This document shows positions 54,300-64,000 of a stretch of DNA of 64,000 bases, piece after piece. Position 1 is the first letter of the stretch. Every line of letters starts with the position of its first letter. The DNA is from Tubiluchus corallicola (lineage: Eukaryota > Animalia > Priapulida): positions 15,354 to 79,353 of the forward strand of contig JAQGDQ010000933.1 in assembly GCA_030141605.1 (NCBI GenBank), read 5' to 3'. The position numbers and the translations under genes are program-made. The notes beneath the pieces are model-generated. The model saw nothing but the letters and a program-made list of their open reading frames with translations, was not told the DNA's origin and made no database searches.

Positions 54300-57200
54300 A
54301 CCTTGTTCAAAATGAGTACCTCTGGGGTACTTGCCAGTAAAAGCTGTACTATTTGTAGACTCAGTAAGGAAATAACAAAAAGAGGAATATACTGCGACGT
54401 GTGCGTTAACTGTTTTAACAAGTTCTCAAATGATAACGAATCAGACTCTGAGACTGAAACTATTGGGACGCAGTCGGAGCCAAAACCCCAAGCGTCGAAT
54501 GATGCTTGCAAAGCAGGCTTCCTTGATCTACTAAAAACTGGAATAATTCATTTCATCCAGGAAGAGAACGATATACAAGCTGACCGAAATATTAAACCGG
54601 CTGAAAAAAATGTCAGGTGATCCTGTCATGGATAAACTAAATCAGATAGAACAATCAATAGAAAAGCTGTCGGGAACAGAACGCAGACCGGCTGGCCTTA
54701 CTTCCTATAGCAATGCTGTGAAAAAAGACCTGCAAACGTCTGCTACTTCTCGAAATCGTCAGTTACCAAATATACAAAATCCCATTGTTCAATATGATCC
54801 AGCTAGAACAGTTATAATAGAAAATGTTGAGACAAAAAACTTGTAGAGACCAGCGCATCAATTAAAACAAATCTGTGTAAGTATTTTCCCCGTGTAAGAT
54901 TTGAAATAGCCTACAGAACTGCTCGAGGAAACATACAAATTCAGTTAAAAGATTCTGAAACTGCAGATGAAATAATAAGCTCATGGAGCCCAACTTATAT
55001 GGGTACCGACACGAAAGTCAGAAAACCAAATAAGTACTCTATTGGAGTGATCAAAGACTGTGACCCGAAATTAACTAAAGACGAAATAAAGGCGGCAATT
55101 GAACAGAAGTTCCCAGTAATCAAAGTAGAGCGATTTAAACGGAAGAACGGAGCCAATATGCCAATAGTTAAGGTGAAATTTAGTTCAGACGTTGAATTAC
55201 AACGTGCAATACAAGAGGGAATTCCTATAAAACATCTTCTGTGCGAAGTAGAACAATATATCCGAAAACAAACACCTTTACGCTGTTACAAGTGTCAGTC
55301 TTTTGGTCACGTTGCTAAGTGGTGCAGAAATAAAGACAACTGTGATAAATGTGGAAATCTGCATAAAACATCTGAATGCAATAGCAAAGAGATAAAGTGC
55401 TACAATTGCAAAAGTGAGCATGAAGCCAATTCCAAGAATTGCTCTACATACTTAGATCAGTTAAAAAGACTTAACCGTATCTAATGACTGCATCTCCTCA
55501 GTGTATGCCAAATTAATATCTATACTCTTTCTGTTCGTTCACAATATGCGTTAGACAAATATGTAAACTCCTAATACTTTGATATTGTTACAGTACAGGA
55601 AGTGAAAGCTAAACAATACGATGATGTGACTCTAACTAATTATCAAAGTTATGTCAAAACTTAAGTTTTTTGTCAAACAATGTACGAAGGTTGAAAAAAA
55701 TCTATCTAAAGCATTCTAATATTCACAATAGGAACAGGCATCTTAAAGAAAAGAATAAGTTTGATGAAGAACTTCGCACAGCTGCTGATAATTGACTTTA
55801 TAAAAAGTGTGTCAACTTAAATGTTCGTAAAAGTAATGCATTTTGGAGAGAATATAAGAAAATATTTACTGTAGAGCAAATTCACATATCGACATGCTAA
55901 AATATGAAGGAAATATATATAGCGAAAATAAAGACATTTGTGAAGTACTATACAAAAATTTTTTAAGTGGAGATCACGTAAACGGTGCAAATTTTGATTA
56001 TGTTTGGCAGCAGCAAGTAGAGGGGGAAGTCTCTGGCTATGATTATAGAGCCATGGTGCCCCTTGCTATAAACTGTAACTTTACAATGGATGAACTAAAC
56101 ATTGCAATAAAAGAAACAGTCACGCAGGGCCGCTATGGCTTTCATCCACTGATGGTTAAACACCTTGGCTTCTGGGCCAAGGCAGTTTTTCTATACTTGT
56201 GTAATCTTTGTTTAAGAAAAGCGAGTGGGTTTGGCGTGAATCCAATGTAATATTCATTAAAAAGGAAGGCAAAACAAATTATACGGATCCTGGTAGCTTT
56301 CGACCCCTGACGCTCTCATCCTATTTTGGCAAATTTGCTGAACGTTTACTGTCAAATCGATTGAGAACTTATGTTATGAATAAATTTCGGAATCATGATT
56401 TAAGTGATTAATTAATGGAGTTATCAACTTCATTAGATTATGCTGATAAAGAGACCTCCTAATTGGATTAGATAAATTTATTAAAAGAATATGGGAACTC
56501 ACTTAGCTGATAAAGCATATATTTAATGTGAAGCAAGGAATTATCGTCACAAGAGTTTGTGTTTACAAGGAATAGAACAGGTGTTCATTTAGAGAGTATA
56601 AGTTTGTCACAGGTGTTTGAGTTAGGGAGAAATGAAGCTGATTTTTATAACATTGCGTGGTTAGATAATAACCCTCATGTAATATTATGCGAGTTGCTGA
56701 ACTAATTGTGAAGGAACAGAAAGTGGCTCTTTTCTTGAACGGAGTTTATGGCCCAAGCGAAGCGAAGAGAAATCTTGGGAAGTTAGATGCTGAAAGGATG
56801 GAGAGTCAGATAGCGGTTTTCTCATGCATGGAGCTTAGAAAAACACCTGGGTGGTTATAAAACTTACAAGCCCAGGGTGACCTTTGAACTATTGCAACAA
56901 TATGGCGTTACCGCTATAGCGGATGCGGGTTGCGACAGATTGCAGTGTTAGCACGCAATGTGATGAAATCTCCGCGTGGGTACATAAGATGAGATCTTGA
57001 GGAACAGAGGAGGCTGCGAGTGAGTTACAAGTGAGTGGTTGTGGGTTAACCACGTGCCGAGAGAGAAGAGACTGAAGAAGCAAAGACAACGTAAGACCAG
57101 TGTGGACATCAAATCTGCGTACTCAACTGTTGAGCACTGGATCTATGAATCAAGTCTTGCAACGGATTTGGGAATGACCAATTGAACAGTCGTCATTGGT

Positions 57201-58720
57201 CATTCCACCAAGTTAAGTTATCTTAACATATCGTAACTTGAGAGCAACTCTGCATAGTAAATTCACAGTGTAATAGACACAACAAGTGTAACGTGTAGTT
57301 GATTGTAATTTCATACTTCACATTGTAATTTGCACCTTAAGTGCGAAGCAAGGAAATAGTTAAGTGAATCTGATTAGTGTCTCTTGGAGCTAATTATTAA
57401 TTAATAATCGTCTTTGGCGAATAAGATCAAATATTGTAATATTAGTTGACTAAGAGTAATTGTTGTAAACAATAAAAGGATTTCGCTTTAACTTAAATGA
57501 ATAGTTTGAGTATGCTTATAGGTGTTTCAGTTAAGCGACATTAAATCCTGTAAACGAATCTGAAGATTTGCTGTGTACATTAAGTAATTTACGAGTTCAA
57601 TTGCGGGAACTTTTGCTAGTAAGCTTTAGAGATTAAGACTCTTTTCACAACGCGGAGTCATAGAAACAGTCTTGTGAGAAGTTATCATTGCTCTATAGAC
57701 TTTATCATAAGCTCTAGTAGCTAGGTTGTGTATAACCTTATAGCAATTAGTGTAACAGAGGCAAATCACTCTTTAAATGAGTCGTGTGTCTTAGGTCACG
57801 TGTTATACGATCACGAGCGAGAGATAAGAGTCAATATTAATTAGAGAGTTATGACGTCTGTCTGTCTATCTGCTGTGATTTCCAGCGCTCTTTTGACAGT
57901 GTCTGGTTCGATGGTCTACTGTTTAAGCTATATGAGGCCAGCTTTAAAGGTAGAATTCTGGGTCTTATTAAGACTTTTCTATATGAAAGAAATTTGCGCA
58001 TCAAGGTCAATAACTATACTTCTCAGGAATACTGTTGTAAGATAGGTCTGCCACAGGGGTCAGTCATCTCCCCGGTGCTATTTAATTTTTATGTGTCCGA
58101 CATGTTTCACGAAATCTTAGCAATATACTAATAATTTTAAATATGCAGACGTCGGAACAATACCTGTAGCTTGTTCTTCCGAAAATGAAACGCTTAGAAC
58201 TAGTCAGCTGTGCTGTGATAAACTCTATAATTGGTGTTTTAAATGGCGGCAGATACTAAATTGCTCGCATGGAAAAACTGAAGTAATTCCATTTGGCCTT
58301 CGTGATTTAAATGACGGCTTAAAATTTGGAACTAATTATGTTAGTTACGTGCAAATTAGTAACGTTTTAGGAGTTACAATCGACAGTAATTTGTCATTTG
58401 AAAATCATGTTAGTAAGGTTAGAAGACAAGCTTAGAATAGGTGGATGTCAATTAAGCGTAAGAGCATGCTGTATAAAGGTTTCAGTCTCAATGTTATCAT
58501 TGCTCTATTTAAGACTTTAGTTTTACCAATTATAATGTATGCTGCTCCAGCCTGGATGGTAAGAAAGCACTCATTGTTCGACGATCTGTTGTATGACGTT
58601 ATGAAAACTGCTACTGGTTGTCACTTTCACCTCTCAAAAGACAAACTAGAGTTAATTTGTGGGCTACCCCCACTTGATATTATGCTTAAGGGAATAACAG
58701 TAAAATGTTTTCAGTTATTG
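54300..58720 (+). mobile_element. I/Jockey-group LINE: ORF1 with zinc knuckles, internally deleted ORF2, RT interrupted by an insertion
   Basis: ORF1 RCYKCQSFGHVAKWC..CDKCGNLH..CYNCKSEH; APE start VCQINI..VQE; FRPLTLSS at ~56300. RT resumes at ~57860 (DFQRSFDSVW..GLPQGSVISPVLFNFYVSD..YAD), then LFKTLVLPIIMYAAPAW. Confidence 0.9.
56372..57856. mobile_element. ~1.5 kb non-coding LTR-like insertion within the LINE RT
   Basis: Interrupts the RT, begins TGTTATGA, ends TTATGACG, and contains AATAAA at 57471. No TSD seen. Confidence 0.5.
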
Positions 58721-60895
58721 ACATGGACGCTCTGTTACCCATTACCATTTTTTGAAAAAAATACCAAACGTGCATCTAAACCTATGCAGGTATCCATAAA
58801 GGCAAAAAACACGGGATTATAGTGAGATGCTGTAAGAGGAAGAAGGCGACAAAAGCTTTTGCATCAATTTTGACATTTAGACCAATCACGTGACTTTGAC
58901 ACTTTTTCATTTGTGTCCATCGCATCGAATAATAATAATAAAATAATAAGAGTGCTGAACTCTTCCTATATGCCCCCTGACTATAGATTAGATTTAGTAT
59001 ATGGTGATGTGGAATGGCATGGTGTGATTAGTCAATTTCCACTAAGCTATTTGATCACTTGCACCTGCATCTCATTTTGCTCTGTTAGCGTTTAACTCAG
59101 AAAACAGGCTAAAATTGTCTCTCAGCACTTTAGCAAAGACAAAGCTGGATACATTTTATCATTTTGCTCCGTTAGCTTTTTACTCTGTTGACCAGAATAG
59201 GATTTGTTATTTTGCTTCTTCAGCATTTTCACGTAATTGATAGATCAGGACAAGTTTTACCACTTTCTACTGTTAGCATTTTTTCTTATTAAACAAGACA
59301 AGTTTTATCATTTAGCGTTTTTCCTTAAAACGTGTCTATAACATTTAAGTTACTAAAAGATCCTGCAATCTCTAACCTAAAGACGTTGAAGGCGCAAATC
59401 TCAGAGCAACCCAACATGAATGCTTCCTACGTTAAAAATCTTCTTTCAAATCAAACTTTGACAAAAGCGTGTGTGATGAACCAGGTCAACCCTTTGGCTA
59501 AAGTGTGTTCTTGCACATTACAAGCAACCACCCATGTACATTATACTATGCAATTTGGTTCAGTGATAAATGTTTTGTTTGATTGAGTAGGCCTAACTTA
59601 GTTTTATTTTGTTTAAGGAAACCCCACAGGGTGTTTTGCTTTCTCATTCAGCCTATATAGTGTTATAGTTACCTGTATAAAGTATCAAACTACCTTGAAA
59701 TGTAGTGAACTGTTCCAGTAACAGGAAAATGTGCTTTTGATATTGGAAAATGAGGGCAGTTAAAATGTTGGGTTTATAATTTTGAGGACAAACCTTAGAT
59801 TTATCTGTTGAAATTGGCTGAACTGATGTTTTATTGTGAAAAGTCCTGGACAGTTGTAAATAGTGTAATACTATCCTAATGGACAATGTGTTGTAATGCA
59901 ATTGAGTGGAGAAAAGACCAACTTTGAGCCTTCTACACAGCATATGCAATCTAGCACTTGTTCTCATGGTGTGGACGGACTGGTACCTAGTACTGTCGAG
60001 CGTGATATGCAAAGTTTTCGAGATTGTATCCCTTCCGTGGAGAGACGGCGGGTGTACTCCATTGATTGCCAATAGACTGACGTAGTGAGCGCTCACTCCA
60101 GAGATAAGTAACAGTTTACTTTTGAGCTCAATTGTGATTACTCAAATTGGTGATATCTTGTGCACAAACTCTTATGGACAGTGAAAACTGCAGTTACTAT
60201 TGGGTTACTGTTTAATACCAAGAACTCGTGCTGTAATCCTTGAAATGGCCATCTTTAATTAATGTAATGTATTTTTTTCTTTTTCTCTTGATTTACGCAG
60301 ATTGTCTGTCAGTAGAATAAAAGCCTTGAAATGTTAATTGATCTTTTAGTAAGCTTTGTAGTCAGAAACAGGTACACATAAACCACAAGGAAAACTCCGC
60401 ATTTCAAAAGCATTAGCATTAGTCTCTCAACGTTACCAAAGTTAAGTGCGCTTCATACTCGTATTGCATAAGTTACTAATTACTATCACCCACGAGAAAC
60501 GCCGTCATTACAGTTCAGTAATAAATACTAGGAATAGCGTTAGAAGTAGTGCAGGTTTTGCAGCTTGTAGTGCAGCTCTAGCGAAATTTAAAAACATGAT
60601 TAAATTTACATCGAAACATTTTGGTAAGCAGCACATCGTCGACTGAATTATACAAGTACAAATTAATGCTGCTCAGTTCTGGTACGAATTGTTTGCGACA
60701 ACAACTTATGAAAAAACGTTCGCAGAAAACACCATTTTAATAGCTTATTTTTAGCAGTCTTTTTTAACCTAATACATTTTGAGGCTTTAATTATAAAAGC
60801 ACTGTTTTAAAGATTTGTGACTGTGGAAGTGGTTTTTGTGTTTGTTCCGTCTACTCGCCTCTATTATAAAATAATTATATTATATTGTTACGGAA

Positions 60896-62014
60896 ATGCT
60901 TGAAATACAATCAAAAAGCCGTTTTTTCTTATTAGTGTGTTTTTTTCATTGCATTGTCTTCTGCTGCTTTCAACGCTACAGAAGTATAATAAATGAACAG
61001 CAAGACAATAGTGTAAAATTTTCACAAGAAGTTGAAGAAATGAACAGCAGAGCATCAGTTGTCATAATCACAAGAGTTAGAAGTGGATCATCTCTGACCG
61101 GCGAATTGTTTAACAACAATCCTGAAGTGTTTTATATTTACGAACCATTACATGGCTTGTTTGACTTTAAAGATATTTCTAAACAATCTTTTTTGACAAA
61201 AAATATATGGAATAAAAGTCAGAATGGAATAATTAAAGAAAAAATCGTGGCAGATGCTCTAAATTGCGTTGCTAATAGCTTCTACCCTAATGTAAAGAAT
61301 CCTGCTCAAAAATCACTACTCACCAATTCGATTGCAATGAAGAAGATTCTGTCATATGAGCAAAAATCTCATAAACAAAAACGGCAGAATGGAACCAGAC
61401 AAATATTTATGCAAAGCGTACAAAGTTTGTATTCACGTATTTGCAGGAAATACAAGTATTCCGTGGCAAAACTGATACGGATGACAGTCACAGAAGCGAA
61501 GGCCTTACTCGATCATAAAGAGATTAATGTAAAAATTTTACACCTAATTAGAGATCCACGAGGAATGCTAAGATCATGGTACAAGTACAAAATAAATGAG
61601 ACACCTGAATACAAAGTGATAAATGACTCGAAGAACTTGTGTGGAAGTCTTTACAGTGACCTAATAGCTGGTGCTTCATTGAAGGAGAAATATCCGCTTA
61701 AGTATATGTTACTTCGTTACGAGGATCTTGCTGTTGCACCAAAAGTTAAAATAGCAGAGGTTTATAAATTTTTTGGCATTCCAATGCATAATAATGTGTT
61801 GAGGTGGATAGATGAGAACGCTTCATCAGCTGCTCCAAGTGCCAACACAATGACCAAGAAAGAAACGCCCAATGGACATTGGAGAAAAAACTCTACCAAG
61901 ACGTCACTGAAATGGAAGGCTGAAGTTTCTGGTAATCTTATCAAAATTATAGAACAGAATTGCTTTGATCTATTAACAGAAGCAAAGTATGGATTTACAC
62001 AGGAACACAATTGA
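60896..62014 (+). CDS. Carbohydrate 6-O-sulfotransferase-like (Sulfotransfer_1; CHST1/3/5 GST family), single exon, intact
   Basis: TM; TRVRSGSSLTGELFN.NPEVFYIYEPL (5'-PSB); VAKLIR; ILHLIRDPRGMLRS (3'-PB); LLRYEDLA; C-terminal W..IEQNC..YG. Confidence 0.95.
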   Translation: MLEIQSKSRFFLLVCFFHCIVFCCFQRYRSIINEQQDNSVKFSQEVEEMNSRASVVIITRVRSGSSLTGELFNNNPEVFYIYEPLHGLFDFKDISKQSFLTKNIWNKSQNGIIKEKIVADALNCVANSFYPNVKNPAQKSLLTNSIAMKKILSYEQKSHKQKRQNGTRQIFMQSVQSLYSRICRKYKYSVAKLIRMTVTEAKALLDHKEINVKILHLIRDPRGMLRSWYKYKINETPEYKVINDSKNLCGSLYSDLIAGASLKEKYPLKYMLLRYEDLAVAPKVKIAEVYKFFGIPMHNNVLRWIDENASSAAPSANTMTKKETPNGHWRKNSTKTSLKWKAEVSGNLIKIIEQNCFDLLTEAKYGFTQEHN

Positions 62015-62269
62015 GCACTCAGTGAATTTACTAAGGCGCGAATGCCTTACATATATCATTTAAGGATGTTCGTTAGAGCAGCAATTCAATTAGCTTTGGA
62101 TGCAAGTGATGTCCAATGCAACGTTGTTTTTGCAACATCTAGCAATGGCCATTACGGCAGTGTGATGTTAGGAGCTACAGCAGAACAATCAATATAGCCA
62201 CTTCTTGTCACTAGCAACATGGCAACACATTGTTTCCGAGCATTGAGTTAACATTTTTTCGGCTTGAAA

Positions 62270-62712
62270 AACAGTTCGATATTTCACTCTTTCACTATTT
62301 CAATTGTAATGAAATTTGTCATTGAACAACTTGACTAAATCGCATACCATAATCTATAACAGGTCTAACAAATGCGTTATACAAAGTAAACAAGTTACAG
62401 GTACATAGTTTATATTTAGTTCGTGTAAAGTAAGTTAGAATAATCTGCAAACAGCTGCACAGTATTTTCCAAGTTGACAGATATTTCATTAATGAACAAA
62501 AGAAACATCAATGTACAAAGAATTGATCCTTGGGGGACTCCTGCCTCCTAGTACTTCCATTCAGAGACAGATGACAACCATTTGATGAAACTATCTAAAC
62601 AGCTTTTAGCCAATCAAATAATGATCCTCGAATACCAGCTGCACATAGACAAGTTGAAAGACACTCCCATCATGCCAAACTCGATCGAATGCTTTAGATA
62701 CATCTAAATGTT
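62270..62712 (-). mobile_element. Degenerate CR1-like RT fragment
   Basis: LDVSKAFDRVWHDG and GVPQGSIL..MFLLFINE on the minus strand. Confidence 0.75.
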
Positions 62713-62829
62713 TACTGTTAGCTTGAAATTTACAAATCTTTTGTTGTTGTTTCTTGTCATGCAGATATTTAGTAAAATTTTTCATAGTGTTTTTCAGAAA
62801 TTAACTCAGTATTTATCATTCCAGCTTGT

Positions 62830-62912
62830 CATTACGGGTGGCTGAGTGGTTAAGGTAATGGACTGTGGGTGCTACTTTGCTTACAGCCCGAGTTCGAATC
62901 TCACGACCTCCT
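62830..62912 (+). other. tRNA-derived SINE head or tRNA pseudogene
   Basis: A box TGGCTGAGTGG and B box GTTCGAATC; acceptor and anticodon stems pair poorly. Confidence 0.65.
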
Positions 62913-63104
62913 GTATTGGCGCACACAATTTTTTATCTGTGCTTTTATTTGTGGCACAAAGTTGTGGAACATAACCTGTATAATTATTTGTAAAACAGTG
63001 TTTAGGTGAATAAAGTTATGTTTGATTTGCTTTACTGTTCCTGATGAAGCCCAGAGTATGTGAAACACGTGCAAGATGTTAATAAAGAGTTCTGTGAAAT
63101 ATAA

Positions 63105-63641
63105 TTAGTGTGTTAATGTAAAACCATTGAGTTTATTTACACTGTTCTCTGCCCGTTTTTGTTTATGAGATTTTTGCTCATATGACAGAATCTTCTTCAT
63201 TGCAATCGAATTGGTGAGTAGTGATTTTTGAGCAGGATTCTTTACATTAGGGTAGAAGCTATTAGCAACGCAATTTAGAGCATCTGCCACGATTTTTTCT
63301 TTAATTATTCCATTCTGACTTTTATTCCATATATTTTTTGTCAAAAAAGATTGTTTAGAAATATCTTTAAAGTCAAACAAGCCATGTAATGGTTCGTAAA
63401 TATAAAACACTTCAGGATTGTTGTTAAACAATTCGCCGGTCAGAGATGATCCACTTCTAACTCTTGTGATTATGACAACTGATGCTCTGCTGTTCATTTC
63501 TTCAACTTCTTGTGAAAATTTTACACTATTGTCTTGCTGTTCATTTATTATACTTCTGTAGCGTTGAAAGCAGCAGAAGACAATGCAATGAAAAAAACAC
63601 ACTAATAAGAAAAAACGGCTTTTTGATTGTATTTCAAGCAT
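63105..63641 (-). pseudogene. Truncated inverted duplicate of the CHST1/3-like gene (first ~163 codons plus a novel tail)
   Basis: 63153-64000 is the reverse complement of 60537-61384 with no differences noticed. It lacks the RDPR 3'-PB motif. Confidence 0.92.
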
Positions 63642-64000
63642 TTCCGTAACAATATAATATAATTATTTTATAATAGAGGCGAGTAGACGGAACAAACACA
63701 AAAACCACTTCCACAGTCACAAATCTTTAAAACAGTGCTTTTATAATTAAAGCCTCAAAATGTATTAGGTTAAAAAAGACTGCTAAAAATAAGCTATTAA
63801 AATGGTGTTTTCTGCGAACGTTTTTTCATAAGTTGTTGTCGCAAACAATTCGTACCAGAACTGAGCAGCATTAATTTGTACTTGTATAATTCAGTCGACG
63901 ATGTGCTGCTTACCAAAATGTTTCGATGTAAATTTAATCATGTTTTTAAATTTCGCTAGAGCTGCACTACAAGCTGCAAAACCTGCACTACTTCTAACGC

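Noticed and set aside
62830-62912. Functional tRNA-His(GTG)
   Set aside because: A and B boxes are present, but the cloverleaf stems do not pair; treated as a SINE head or pseudogene.

Overview
AT-rich, intron-containing invertebrate animal DNA (species not identifiable from sequence alone), dense with decayed transposons. Every host gene I can recognise encodes a type II Golgi glycan-modifying enzyme, and they belong to unrelated families: a divergent GT31 galactosyltransferase-like gene, two head-to-head chondroitin sulfate synthase (CHSY)-like loci, a CHST11-type (Sulfotransfer_2) sulfotransferase, a B4GAT1-like GT49 glucuronyltransferase, and a CHST1/3/5-type (Sulfotransfer_1) sulfotransferase with an inverted partial duplicate. 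This looks like a candidate sulfated-glycosaminoglycan biosynthetic gene cluster in an animal. Also present: a Polinton/virus-like fragment with a TBP-like pseudogene inside a CHSY intron, a candidate HDV-like ribozyme, two inverted piggyBac copies bracketing about 40 kb, several LINEs (L2/CR1, RTE, I/Jockey), Gypsy and BEL/Pao remnants, a solo LTR, a tRNA-like SINE head and micro/minisatellites. All family assignments come from motif recognition by eye; no database search was run.
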